DNA from: a virus
Lineage: Duplodnaviria > Caudoviricetes
Length of the DNA: 64,000 bases
Virus record (IMG/VR): IMGVR_UViG_2806310979_000001
Location: 1-64,000 of that record
Reading direction: 5' to 3' (one strand)
The position numbers and the translations under genes were made by a program. The notes beneath the pieces are model-generated. The model saw only the letters and a list, made by a program, of their open reading frames with translations, was not told where the DNA came from and did not search any database. Below, piece after piece: positions 9,032-19,075 of this stretch. Within the stretch, counting starts at the first letter, position 1. The number at the start of each line of letters is the position of its first letter.

Positions 9032-9065
9032 ACAGACAGACGGAAAGGAAAGGAGGGAAAAAGCT

Positions 9066-9401
9066 GTGAGTGCAAACGAAAGAAGAGCAGAGATCATGAG
9101 AATCATGGTCGCACGAAGACAAGAGAATATGCAGGTTTTGGCTTCTGAGCTTGGCGTTTCAGATAGAACAATCCGAAATGATATCGTAGCACTTACGGCT
9201 GAGTATCCTCTGGAAACTTATAGAGGTAACGGAGGCGGTGTCCGTATCGCCGAATGGTATCACCCACATAAAAATATTATGTCGCAAGAGCAGATTTCTG
9301 TTTTGGAACAGTTAATGGAAAAAGCAGATGATGCACAGAAGAAGGTGCTAGACCAAATGCTCCGTGAATACGGCTCGAATAAGTACCGTCCTGCTGTTTA
9401 G
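9066..9401 (+). CDS. winged-HTH (HTH_11, YafY/PafB N-terminal-like) regulator without WYL domain
   Basis: LASELGVSDRTIRNDIVAL...RGNGGG; GTG start after AGGAGG. Confidence 0.8.
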   Translation: MSANERRAEIMRIMVARRQENMQVLASELGVSDRTIRNDIVALTAEYPLETYRGNGGGVRIAEWYHPHKNIMSQEQISVLEQLMEKADDAQKKVLDQMLREYGSNKYRPAV

Positions 9402-9478
9402 GACAAGCCTAGTGACGACTTGGTGGTCCGTAAGTAGAAACTGTAAATTGACATATAGAGAAGAAAGGATAAAAGAAG

Positions 9479-9883
9479 ATGAGTAAAAAGATTGCATATA
9501 TCATTCATCCATTTAGGGATGACAAGGAGAATAACGAAAAAAATATGAAGTTTATCGCAGCCGTAGCTGTTCGTTCCGGCACAGTTCCGATTGCAACTGC
9601 TTTGTATTTTCCACATTTTTTAAACGAAGAAGATGAAGCTGAGAGATTGGAAGGCATTGATTGTGGATTAACACTTATGGAGTGCTGTGATGAGGTGTGG
9701 CTGTTCGGTTTTAATATTTCTGAAGGGATGAAAATGGAACTGGACTGTGCAAGGGAATTGAAACTTCCGGTTCGTCTCTACGATATGCATATGAACCGTA
9801 TCAATCTCAGGACTCTTAAAGCAGATAAGAGAGTGACACCAGAATACAGGGATGCCATTCATTGTTTAAAACTTGTACGGTAG
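9479..9883 (+). CDS. DUF4406-like (nucleoside deoxyribosyltransferase-like fold) phage protein
   Basis: YIIHPF...CDEVWLFG...SEGMKME pattern. Confidence 0.7.
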   Translation: MSKKIAYIIHPFRDDKENNEKNMKFIAAVAVRSGTVPIATALYFPHFLNEEDEAERLEGIDCGLTLMECCDEVWLFGFNISEGMKMELDCARELKLPVRLYDMHMNRINLRTLKADKRVTPEYRDAIHCLKLVR

Positions 9884-9892
9884 GTACTGAAA

Positions 9893-10087
9893 ATGTTAGG
9901 GCAGGTAAATGCCTGTTACTTTCTGAAACCGGGTGACCGCTTGATGGTCATCCGGGCAAAAAGAAAACGGAAGGTAACGGTAGTGAAAGAGTATCCGTAT
10001 CACATTCTTGTGGATGTTGGGATGTATAAGGAAAGTATCAACAAAATTGATGTGCTGACAGAAGATGTCAGGCTCATCCATCGATAG
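9893..10087 (+). CDS. hypothetical phage protein
   Basis: in-operon ORF. Confidence 0.6.
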   Translation: MLGQVNACYFLKPGDRLMVIRAKRKRKVTVVKEYPYHILVDVGMYKESINKIDVLTEDVRLIHR

Positions 10088-10101
10088 AAAGGATAACGAT
10101 C

Positions 10102-10404
10102 ATGAATAAAGGATTATTACAAATTGCGGAAGGTTTTGCAATGGTTGCAGAAGGTTATAGGAAAATGGCATCTGAAGGAATGGAAATTCCAAAAGATATT
10201 CAGACAGAGAAAAAGCCGGAAAAATCAAATACAGCGGAGAAAAAGATTTCTATTACAGAGGTTAGGGCTGTTATGGCAGAAAAATCCCGTGCAGGAAAAA
10301 CGCAGGAAATCAAACAGTTATTGAAAGAGTTCGGTGCGGATAAGTTATCTTCAGTACCGGAAGAACGGTATGAAGAACTAATGAAAAGGGCGGAGGTGCT
10401 GTAA
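10102..10404 (+). CDS. conserved phage protein preceding DUF2800
   Basis: EVRAVMAEKSRAG...LLKEFGADKLS typical of PolA-type phage replication modules. Confidence 0.75.
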   Translation: MNKGLLQIAEGFAMVAEGYRKMASEGMEIPKDIQTEKKPEKSNTAEKKISITEVRAVMAEKSRAGKTQEIKQLLKEFGADKLSSVPEERYEELMKRAEVL

Positions 10405-11534
10405 TGGGGAAACATGCAAAATACTCGCCATCCAGCGGGCATCGGTATATGAATTGTCCTCCAGCTCTTTTGTTGGAGGAACAGTTCCCGGATGAAGAAA
10501 GTCCTTATGCTGCTGAAGGTACAGCAGGGCATAAGCTGGCGGAGCATCTAATAAAGAAACATTTGAAGATTCGAAGCAGAAGACCAACTTCCGATTACTA
10601 TAGCGATGAACTTTTGGAAGCTGTAGATGGATATGTTCAGTATGTGATTGAACAGATAGAAGAAGCAAAGCATATCTGCTCTGATCCGGTGTTTTCCGTG
10701 GAACAGAAGGTAGATTTGAGCTTTCATGTAAAGGATTGTTTTGGTACGGCAGATATGGTGATTGTCACGGATAAAAAAGTTCATATTATCGATCTGAAAC
10801 TGGGAAAAGGCGTACAGGTGGATGCTGAAAATAATGTACAGTTGATGATTTATGGTTTGGGGATGTTGGATATAGCGGAGATGCTTTTTGATATTGAAAC
10901 CGTAGAACTTACCATCGTTCAGCCGAGAATCAGCCATTTTTCCACATGGGAAATTTCAGCAGAAGAACTGCATCAATGGGCAGAACAGGAATTTGAACCG
11001 AAAGCGAAAATGGCGTTGGACGGAAAAGGAGAATACAAAGCCGGGGAGTGGTGTCGTTTTTGCAAGGCGAGGTTTCAATGCAGGGCAAGGGCAGAAGAGT
11101 ATCTTCGTTTGGCACAGATGGAATTTTCACAGCCAGCGTTACTATCGGATGAAGAAATTGCAGAAGTGCTGTCAAAAGCGGATGCACTAAAAAAGTGGGC
11201 AGAAGAAATATACACTTATGCACAGAACGAAGCAATCGCGAATAGAAAAGAATGGCCGGGATTCAAACTTGTGCTTGGAAGAAGCAACCGGAAATATACC
11301 GATGAAGAGGAAGTGGCGGAAGCTGCAAAGACAGCGGGCTATACCGATATTTACCGGACGAGTCTTATCAGCATTACAGAAATGGAAAAGCTGATGGGAA
11401 AAAAGAAATTTAAAGAAATCTTGGGCAGTTATGTGTACAAGCCGGATGGGAAAGTCACATTGGTACCAGATTCAGATAAAAGAGAAGCAATTTATATTTC
11501 AACCGCAGAGGCGGATTTTAGTCAGGAGGATTAA
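10404..11534 (+). CDS. DUF2800 Cas4-like PD-(D/E)xK nuclease
   Basis: HAKYSPSS, AAEGTAGH, FGTAD, IDLKLGKG, WCRFCK. Confidence 0.88.
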   Translation: MGKHAKYSPSSGHRYMNCPPALLLEEQFPDEESPYAAEGTAGHKLAEHLIKKHLKIRSRRPTSDYYSDELLEAVDGYVQYVIEQIEEAKHICSDPVFSVEQKVDLSFHVKDCFGTADMVIVTDKKVHIIDLKLGKGVQVDAENNVQLMIYGLGMLDIAEMLFDIETVELTIVQPRISHFSTWEISAEELHQWAEQEFEPKAKMALDGKGEYKAGEWCRFCKARFQCRARAEEYLRLAQMEFSQPALLSDEEIAEVLSKADALKKWAEEIYTYAQNEAIANRKEWPGFKLVLGRSNRKYTDEEEVAEAAKTAGYTDIYRTSLISITEMEKLMGKKKFKEILGSYVYKPDGKVTLVPDSDKREAIYISTAEADFSQED

Positions 11535-12085
11535 TGATTATGAGTACGAGAGTAAACAACACGAAAGTTATTATTTCAGCGAGAGCATCCTATCTTCACG
11601 CATTTGAGCCGGATTCCATCAATGGATCTGATCCGAAATATTCCGTCAGTCTGATTATCGATAAAAAAGATACGGATTTGATTGCAAAAATTAAGAAAGC
11701 GGTTGAACAGGCAAAAGAAGATGGGAAGTCAAAATGGGGAGGTAAAATCCCCGCAAATCTGAAATTACCACTTCGTGACGGAGATTTGGACAGACCGGAA
11801 GATGAAGCCTATGCAGGAGCCTATTTTATTAATGCGAATAGCAAACAGGCCCCACAGGTAGTGGATAGAAATGTACAGCCGATTTTGGATCAGAGTGAGT
11901 TGTATTCAGGATGTTATATCCGTGCTTCCGTTACTTTTTACGCATATAACAGTAACGGAAATAAAGGAATTGCGGCAGGACTCGGAAATATTCAGAAAGT
12001 TCGTGATGGAGAGCCACTTGGTTCCAGAATGAATGCAAAGGATGAATTCGATGCAGTAGACGGTGAGGATGATTTTCTGGCTTAA
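11534..12085 (+). CDS. DUF2815 single-stranded DNA-binding protein
   Basis: KYSVSLII, LRDGD, YSGCY, GNKGIAAGLGNIQKVRDGEPLG, acidic tail. Confidence 0.9.
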   Translation: MIMSTRVNNTKVIISARASYLHAFEPDSINGSDPKYSVSLIIDKKDTDLIAKIKKAVEQAKEDGKSKWGGKIPANLKLPLRDGDLDRPEDEAYAGAYFINANSKQAPQVVDRNVQPILDQSELYSGCYIRASVTFYAYNSNGNKGIAAGLGNIQKVRDGEPLGSRMNAKDEFDAVDGEDDFLA

Positions 12086-12135
12086 GAATAAACGGGGGCG
12101 GATTTCCGTCCCCTACATAAAAAGGAGACGTAAGG

Positions 12136-12414
12136 ATGGAAATATGGAAAGACATAAAAGGGCAGGAAGGCCGGTATCAGATCAGCAGTACAGGGAGACT
12201 TAGAAGAATGCCAAGATATGTAAAAGGAAAGAATGGGTTGCTGCGGAGACTGCCAATGCAGATGCTGGAGCTTACCTATGATGAGGTAAAGAAAATCAAA
12301 AGGAAGTTAGAAGAGGGAGAGCATGTGTTGAAGATTGCAGAGGAATTTGACATTTCAAGAAAAGTGGTAAGCAAAATTAAAAGTGGGAGGTCTTATGCAT
12401 GGGTAGAATGTTAG
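12136..12414 (+). CDS. NUMOD4 + HTH protein lacking the HNH domain (vestigial homing endonuclease)
   Basis: EIWKDIKGQEGRYQISSTGRLR NUMOD4; C-terminal IAEEFDISRKVVSKIKSGRSY; no HNH. Confidence 0.75.
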   Translation: MEIWKDIKGQEGRYQISSTGRLRRMPRYVKGKNGLLRRLPMQMLELTYDEVKKIKRKLEEGEHVLKIAEEFDISRKVVSKIKSGRSYAWVEC

Positions 12415-14339
12415 CGATAGATATTGAAACATATTCGGATGTGGATCTGATTTCCTGCGGTGTATATAAGTATAGCAGTTCTCCTCATTTTGAAATTTTG
12501 CTGATTGCATATTCTGTAGATGATGAGGAAACGGTCTGCATTGACATGGCGAACGGAGAAGAACCTCCGAAGGAATTTATTGAGATGTTATTTGATGATA
12601 CCGTGACAAAAACAGCGTTTAATGCAAATTTTGAGAGAACCTGCTTTTCAAATTATTATCAGCATTCATTCAGACCAGAAGCGTGGAGATGTACGGCGGT
12701 ACAGGCGGCCATGTTAGCCCTGCCTCTTTCATTGGAAGGAGTAGGTGCGGTTCTCGGATTGGACAAGCAGAAAATGACGGAAGGAAAAGAATTGATTAAA
12801 TATTTTTGCAGCCCGTGTAAAGCCACAAAATCAAATGGAGGAAGAACAAGAAATCTGCCGAAAGATGCACCGGAAAAATGGAGACAGTTTAAAACATATT
12901 GTATTCGGGATGTTGATGTGGAAAAACAGATACGGCAGAGACTGGCGAAATTTCCTATTCCAAAAAGTGAACAGGAAATTTACTGTCTGGATCAGAGAAT
13001 CAATGACCGTGGAATCATGGTGGATCGTAATCTTGTGAATCATGCGGTTGCTTGCGATCTTTTATATAAAGAAACCGCAACAGCGAGAGCCTATGAATTA
13101 ACGGGACTGGAGAATCCGAACAGCGTGTCACAGTTGAAACTTTGGCTTAAGGAAAAAGGTTTGGAGGTGGATTCTCTCGCAAAAGATACAGTAAAAGATT
13201 TGTCAATGAAAGCAGAGGGAGATGTGCAGGAAGTGTTAAAACTTAGGCTGGCAACATCTAAGACTTCTGTAAAAAAATATGAAGCAATTGACCGTTCTGT
13301 GTGCGCAGAAAATCGTGTTCATGGACTGTTACAGTTTTATGGGGCAAACCGGACCGGCAGATGGGCAGGAAGATTGGTGCAGATTCATAATCTTCCGCAG
13401 AATCATCTGCCGGATTTGGAACTGGCAAGAGCGTTGGTATCAGAAGGAAGATATGAAGAAGTGGAACTTTTCTATGAAAGCACTCCAAATGTACTGTCGG
13501 AACTAATCAGGACTGCTTTTGTGGCAAAGCCGGGATGCAGATTTATTATCAGCGACTATTCTGCGATTGAAGCCAGAGTACTGGCATGGCTTGCAGGAGA
13601 GGAATGGAGATTACAGGTATTTGAAACACATGGGAAAATATACGAGGCTTCTGCATCAGCAATGTTTCATGTACCGATAGAAGAAATTACAAAAACCTCA
13701 CCACTCAGGCAGAAAGGAAAGATCAGCGAACTTGCATTGGGATATGGGGGTGCAGTTGGAGCATTGACATCGATGGGGGCTTTAAAAATGGGACTGACGG
13801 AAGAAGAACTTCCGGGACTTGTGAGTACATGGAGAAGTGCGAATCCTCATATTACAGCATTTTGGTGGGCGGTTGATGAGGCTGCGATAACGGCAGTACG
13901 GGATAAAAAACCATCCAAAGTAGGAAGGGTATCATTTGAATATAAAAGCGGGATTTTATTCGTCACGCTTCCGTCAGGACGAAAACTTTCTTATGTGAAG
14001 CCACGGATGATGATGAATAAATTCGGCAGGGAAGGACTGACATATGAGGGAATCGGGGAATCCAAGAAATGGATGCGTTTGGAAACATATGGTCCAAAGC
14101 TAGTCGAAAATATTGTACAGGCAGCAAGCAGGGATATTTTAGCGGAAGCGATGCTTCGCTTGGAAAAGGAGGGATTTGACATTGTATGTCATGTTCATGA
14201 TGAGGTGGTTTTAGAAGTGCCTGATGGGAAATCTTCCGTGGAAGAAGTGAATGAAATCATGGCAGTCAATCCAGTATGGACAGAAGGACTTCCATTAAAA
14301 GCAGCAGGATTTGAAAGTCCATTTTATAAAAAGGATTAG
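12399..14339 (+). CDS. phage family A DNA polymerase with 3'-5' exonuclease
   Basis: DIET, AFNANFE, motif A DYSAIEAR, motif B RQKGKISELALGYG, motif C HVHDE. Confidence 0.95.
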   Translation: MGRMLAIDIETYSDVDLISCGVYKYSSSPHFEILLIAYSVDDEETVCIDMANGEEPPKEFIEMLFDDTVTKTAFNANFERTCFSNYYQHSFRPEAWRCTAVQAAMLALPLSLEGVGAVLGLDKQKMTEGKELIKYFCSPCKATKSNGGRTRNLPKDAPEKWRQFKTYCIRDVDVEKQIRQRLAKFPIPKSEQEIYCLDQRINDRGIMVDRNLVNHAVACDLLYKETATARAYELTGLENPNSVSQLKLWLKEKGLEVDSLAKDTVKDLSMKAEGDVQEVLKLRLATSKTSVKKYEAIDRSVCAENRVHGLLQFYGANRTGRWAGRLVQIHNLPQNHLPDLELARALVSEGRYEEVELFYESTPNVLSELIRTAFVAKPGCRFIISDYSAIEARVLAWLAGEEWRLQVFETHGKIYEASASAMFHVPIEEITKTSPLRQKGKISELALGYGGAVGALTSMGALKMGLTEEELPGLVSTWRSANPHITAFWWAVDEAAITAVRDKKPSKVGRVSFEYKSGILFVTLPSGRKLSYVKPRMMMNKFGREGLTYEGIGESKKWMRLETYGPKLVENIVQAASRDILAEAMLRLEKEGFDIVCHVHDEVVLEVPDGKSSVEEVNEIMAVNPVWTEGLPLKAAGFESPFYKKD

Positions 14340-14352
14340 GAGGAGATGCAGA

Positions 14353-16704
14353 ATGAAGATTGCGGTGTCTACGGGAAACTCCCGTATGGATAAAAAATGG
14401 AATCTGACAGAAATGGAACTTGAGGATTTTAGAGAACGGATTTCCAAGACACAACGTACTGCGGAAACAATGGAACAGTATCGGAAAATGAAGAAGTCGC
14501 AACAGGACGATATTAAAGATGTAGGCGGTTTTGTGCTTGGAAGATTAAAAGGCGGGAGAAGAAAGAAGGATTGTGTAATCTCCAGATCCGCTTTGACGTT
14601 AGATATGGATTATGCAGTTGCAGATATTGGGGATCAGTTGGAATTGTTTTTTTCATTTCAATGCTATCTGTATTCCACCCATAAACATACATCGGAAAAA
14701 CCAAGACTTCGTTTGATTATTCCATTGTCCCACGAAGTATCGCCGGATGAATATATGGCTGTCAGTCGGAAGATAGCTGAAGAAATCGGGATGGAGCTGT
14801 TTGATGACACAACGTATGAACCAAGCCGATTGATGTATTGGCCTTCCACATCTTCTGATGGAGAGTTTATCTTTCGAGAAATTAAAGGGGAGCTTTTGAA
14901 ACCGGAAGATGTACTGGCACTATATACAGATTGGAAAGATGTCAGTTCATGGCCGGTATCTAACCGTCAAAGAATAATTGTGCAGAAAAGTCTCAAAAAA
15001 CAAGAGAATCCATTGGAAAAGAGAGGCATTATTGGGGCATTCAACCGGACATTTACCATTCAGCAGGCAATTGATGCTTTCATTCCAGATGTATATCAGC
15101 CAAGCGAGATGGCAGGAAGATATGATTATATTCCGGCGGATTCTTCTGCGGGAGTGGTAATTTATGACGATGTGTTTGCGTATAGTCATCATGCTACTGA
15201 TCCGGCATGCGGAAAACTTATGAATGCGTTTGATGTAGTAAGGATTCATAAGTTTGGAAATTTGGATGCAAAAGTGACGGAAGAAATAGAAACTACCAAA
15301 CTCCCTTCTTTTAAGGCTATGCAGGATTTTGTATCAGAAAATGAAGCGGTACGCCAGACTTTATCTAAAGAACGGGAAGAATCAGCACGGCTAGATTTTG
15401 CGGAAGAAGATTGGAAGATGCAATTGGAGTATAACAGACAGGGAATGGTAGTGAATAATCTGAGAAATTTGTTGTTGATTTTAAATAATGACGAAAAGTT
15501 GAAATCAATCGTGTTTAATCAGTTATCAGATGGTATGGAAATCAAAGGGGAAGTTCCGTGGAATCATCCATCAAAATTTTGGAGAGATGCGGATGATGCA
15601 CAGTTAATTTCCTATATTGATTTGAATTATGGGAATTTTTCTGCAAGAAATTATGATATTGCGGTTTCAAAAGTAACCGATGATCGTTCCTATCATCCCA
15701 TTAAAGAATTTTTAGCGGCGTTGCCGGAGTGGGATGAAATTCCGAGAGTGGATACTTTATTGGTGGATTTTCTTGGGGCAGCCGATAACGCCTATGTTCG
15801 TGCGGTTACAAGGAAAACATTGGTGGCTGCGATAGCAAGAGTAATGAGTCCGGGATGTAAGTTTGATACGATGCTCGTGTTGTCCGGACCGCAAGGGAAA
15901 GGAAAATCCACGTTGATTGCAAAACTTTGTGGAGAGTGGTTCAACGATTCCCTTCTTCTTTCAGACACAAAGGACAAGACTGCAGCAGAGAAACTGCAGG
16001 GATATTGGATTTTGGAAATTGGGGAACTCGCAGGTTTAAAGAAAACGGACATTGAAACGCTGAGAGGATTTTTGTCAAGACAAAACGATATTTACCGTGC
16101 CGCTTTTGGGCGCAGGGCAACCCCCCATCCAAGACAATGTGTGTTTATCGGGACAACGAATGCGGACACTTATCTTAGGGATATTACGGGTAACCGAAGA
16201 TTTTGGCCGGTAAAAACACCGGGAGGAACTGGAAGGGGTTCTTGGGAGATTACTAAAGATGAAGTGGAACAGATCTGGGCAGAAGCGTTGCACTACTACA
16301 AAGATGGAGAAACCATTCATCTTCCGAAAGAGCTGGAACCAATCGCAGTCCATGAACAGAAAGAAGCGATGGAACAGGATGAGAGAGAGGGAACGATCCG
16401 TGATTATTTGGATATGCTTCTGCCGGAAGGTTGGGATTCCATGACTTTGTATGAGCGCCGGAATTTTATCAATGGTTCGGAATTTGAAGGAAGCCATAAG
16501 GTGGGAGTGAATCGGAGAACCCGTGTCTGTAATATGGAAATTTGGTGTGAGTGTTTTGGAAAAGAACGCGGCAATTTGAAACGTCAGGATGCGAATGAGA
16601 TTGCTGCGATTATGAGTAATATCGAGGGGTGGAAACGCCCGGAAGGAAAGATGCGTTTTTCTATTTACGGAGTCGTGAAGGGTTATGTCCGTGAGGAAGA
16701 ATAA
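14353..16704 (+). CDS. VirE/VapE-domain primase-helicase
   Basis: LDMD and YSTHKH primase-like motifs; GPQGKGKST; GTTN...TGNRRFWPV. Confidence 0.92.
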   Translation: MKIAVSTGNSRMDKKWNLTEMELEDFRERISKTQRTAETMEQYRKMKKSQQDDIKDVGGFVLGRLKGGRRKKDCVISRSALTLDMDYAVADIGDQLELFFSFQCYLYSTHKHTSEKPRLRLIIPLSHEVSPDEYMAVSRKIAEEIGMELFDDTTYEPSRLMYWPSTSSDGEFIFREIKGELLKPEDVLALYTDWKDVSSWPVSNRQRIIVQKSLKKQENPLEKRGIIGAFNRTFTIQQAIDAFIPDVYQPSEMAGRYDYIPADSSAGVVIYDDVFAYSHHATDPACGKLMNAFDVVRIHKFGNLDAKVTEEIETTKLPSFKAMQDFVSENEAVRQTLSKEREESARLDFAEEDWKMQLEYNRQGMVVNNLRNLLLILNNDEKLKSIVFNQLSDGMEIKGEVPWNHPSKFWRDADDAQLISYIDLNYGNFSARNYDIAVSKVTDDRSYHPIKEFLAALPEWDEIPRVDTLLVDFLGAADNAYVRAVTRKTLVAAIARVMSPGCKFDTMLVLSGPQGKGKSTLIAKLCGEWFNDSLLLSDTKDKTAAEKLQGYWILEIGELAGLKKTDIETLRGFLSRQNDIYRAAFGRRATPHPRQCVFIGTTNADTYLRDITGNRRFWPVKTPGGTGRGSWEITKDEVEQIWAEALHYYKDGETIHLPKELEPIAVHEQKEAMEQDEREGTIRDYLDMLLPEGWDSMTLYERRNFINGSEFEGSHKVGVNRRTRVCNMEIWCECFGKERGNLKRQDANEIAAIMSNIEGWKRPEGKMRFSIYGVVKGYVREEE

Positions 16705-16950
16705 CGGCAATTTATCGGAAACAATCGGCAATATGTAGCCCTTTACGGAAGTTGCCATTGCCGATGAGGTATCCGAAAAAAGAGGGTAATGGAAACATAA
16801 AAAATCTTAGAGTTTATGAGGAAAACAGACAGAAGCTTCCTATGTTGCCGATAGTATCTTAAATAATAAAAATTATAGAATATCGCTTTATATGTGCGTG
16901 TAAAATGCGTGTTGCGTCATATACGCGCGAAATAGGGATATTCGGAAACG
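16705..16950. repeat. putative phage replication origin (iteron-like CGG(C/A)AA repeats in both orientations plus AT-rich tract)
   Basis: CGGCAA 16705, ATCGGAAAC 16714, ATCGGCAAT 16724, ATTGCCGAT 16757, GTTGCCGAT 16844, TCGGAAAC 16942; non-coding gap after primase. Confidence 0.6.
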
Positions 16951-16958
16951 GAGTAAAA

Positions 16959-17243
16959 ATGGTATCAGAAAAAAGTATAGAACAGAAGTTAAGAATGGAG
17001 ACAAAAAAGATGGGAGGCTGGGCGGTAAAGTTCAGCTCTCCCGGTTTGGATGGGATGCCCGACCGCTTGGTATTGTTCCCCGGTGGAAAGTTGGGATTTG
17101 TGGAACTGAAAGCACCGGGAAAAAAGATAAGACCACTTCAGGAAAAGAGAAAGCGGACATTGGAAGAACTGGGTTTTTTGGTATTCTGCGTGGATAGTAA
17201 GGAAATGATTGGAGGAGTGCTGCATGAAATACGAACCTTATGA
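16959..17243 (+). CDS. VRR-NUC domain nuclease
   Basis: EKSIE, GMPDRLVL, FVELKAPG, RPLQ. Confidence 0.9.
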   Translation: MVSEKSIEQKLRMETKKMGGWAVKFSSPGLDGMPDRLVLFPGGKLGFVELKAPGKKIRPLQEKRKRTLEELGFLVFCVDSKEMIGGVLHEIRTL

Positions 17244-18570
17244 ATATCAATCGTATGCTTCAAGGTTTATTTTAGAACATCCTTATTGTGGATTGATTTT
17301 AGATATGGGACTTGGAAAGACAGTAATCACGCTTACGGCATTATTTGCATTGGCATTGGATTATTTTACGGCGGGGAAAATTCTTGTCATAGCACCTAAA
17401 AGAGTAGCGGAAGATACTTGGCCGAAAGAACTGAAAAAATGGGAACATCTTATAGGGATGAAAGCAAGTCTGGTAGTGGGAACAAAAAAGCAGAGAGAGC
17501 AGGCATTGGCAGAAGCAGCTGATGTTTATATTATCAACAGGGAAAATGTGGTGTGGCTAGTAGAGAATCATCGTTGGGATTTCAGTACGGTAGTAATTGA
17601 TGAATTGTCTTCTTTTAAATCCAGCAAGGCTCAGAGATTTAAAGCATTGAAACATGTGAGACCACAAGTTTCCAGAGTGATCGGATTGACAGGAACCCCA
17701 TCTCCGAATGGCTTGTTGGACTTATGGCCACAAATGTATTTGTTGGATATGGGACAGAGGCTTGGAAGATATATAGGTGGTTACAGAGAACGCTTCTTTT
17801 TACCGGACAAAAGAAATCGTGAGATTATTTATTCTTATAAACCGAAACAGGGTGCAGAAGAAAAAATCTATAGTCTTATAAGTGATATTTGTATTTCCAT
17901 GAAGGCAGCCGATTATCTAAATATGCCGGAACGGATAGAGAACCGTGTGGAAGTGAGTATGAATGCCAAAGAAGAAAAATTGTATCAGTCATTTGAAAGA
18001 GATATGGTTCTTTCCATAGGCGGGGAAGAACTGGATGCCGTGAATGCAGCGGCACTTTCCAATAAATTATTACAGATGGCAAATGGTGCTGTTTATGGAG
18101 AAGATAAAAAAGTGATTTCCATTCATGACAGGAAATTGGATGCTTTGGAAGATTTGGTGGAAGCGGCAAATGGGAAACCAGTATTGGTAGCGTACTGGTA
18201 CAAGCATGATCTCATGAGAATACAGAGGCGCCTTCCTGAAGCCAGAGTGATTGATACTTCAAAGGACATAACGGACTGGAATCATGGCGAAATTGCGATT
18301 GGATTGATTCATCCCGCATCAGCCGGACACGGGCTGAATCTTCAGGAAGGAGGATGTACTATCGTGTGGTTTGGATTGACATGGTCGTTGGAATTATATC
18401 AGCAGATGAATGCCAGACTTTGGAGACAGGGGCAGAAGCATACCGTGGTTATACATCATCTGATTACAAAGGGAACACACGATGAAGATGTCATGAAAGC
18501 GCTAGAGAAGAAGGAAACTGGACAGTCCGCATTGATCCATGCAGTACGGGCGAGGATTGGAGGAATGTGA
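17224..18570 (+). CDS. SNF2-family helicase
   Basis: LDMGLGKT, IDELS, LTGTP, GHGLNLQ, QMNARLWRQGQ. Confidence 0.93.
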   Translation: MKYEPYEYQSYASRFILEHPYCGLILDMGLGKTVITLTALFALALDYFTAGKILVIAPKRVAEDTWPKELKKWEHLIGMKASLVVGTKKQREQALAEAADVYIINRENVVWLVENHRWDFSTVVIDELSSFKSSKAQRFKALKHVRPQVSRVIGLTGTPSPNGLLDLWPQMYLLDMGQRLGRYIGGYRERFFLPDKRNREIIYSYKPKQGAEEKIYSLISDICISMKAADYLNMPERIENRVEVSMNAKEEKLYQSFERDMVLSIGGEELDAVNAAALSNKLLQMANGAVYGEDKKVISIHDRKLDALEDLVEAANGKPVLVAYWYKHDLMRIQRRLPEARVIDTSKDITDWNHGEIAIGLIHPASAGHGLNLQEGGCTIVWFGLTWSLELYQQMNARLWRQGQKHTVVIHHLITKGTHDEDVMKALEKKETGQSALIHAVRARIGGM

Positions 18571-18571
18571 C

Positions 18572-19060
18572 ATGACAGCAGAAAGGATGTTTAAGGAATA
18601 TAAGAATTTGAAGAAGGAACAGGGAATTTTACTTTTTCAGTTGGAACAATTCAGCGGGATTGAGGAATCAGATGTTATCAATTCCATGATGTTCGGTCAT
18701 GCTGATGGCAATGACAGGGTACAGACAAGCAATCGATCAGATAAAACTGCATCCGTTGCAATAAATTATAAAAGTGTGATGGATCGGGAAAATGATGAAT
18801 GGTTTGAGTTTCTTTGGAACAGATATCAGACAGTTGTAGAAGAACTGAAATTTTTTGAACATAGCGTTGCAAGTTTGGATGGGATTCTGCCGGAACTGGT
18901 AATGGATCTGGTACGAGGAGAGCTTACATGGGAAACAATGGAACAAAAATATAATGTAAGTCATGCCATGATTGGAAAATACAGGAAAGCAGCAATGAAG
19001 GAACTGGATTTTTTGTACGAGCTTCGTGATAAACAGACGGAAGCCTTTATTTTGGGATAA
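18572..19060 (+). CDS. RinA/ArpU-like late transcriptional activator
   Basis: end of replication module; RVQTS motif and C-terminal sigma-R4-like HTH. Confidence 0.7.
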   Translation: MTAERMFKEYKNLKKEQGILLFQLEQFSGIEESDVINSMMFGHADGNDRVQTSNRSDKTASVAINYKSVMDRENDEWFEFLWNRYQTVVEELKFFEHSVASLDGILPELVMDLVRGELTWETMEQKYNVSHAMIGKYRKAAMKELDFLYELRDKQTEAFILG

Positions 19061-19075
19061 GGAGGACATAAAGAA

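Noticed and set aside
10404-11534. Cas4-like nuclease as sign of CRISPR-Cas
   Set aside because: Standard DUF2800 gene of PolA-type phage replication modules; no array or other cas genes seen
16075-16758. 227-aa minus-strand ORF (also 40484-41110, 46662-47258, 25067-25609)
   Set aside because: Antisense shadows of well-supported genes, without RBS or domain features
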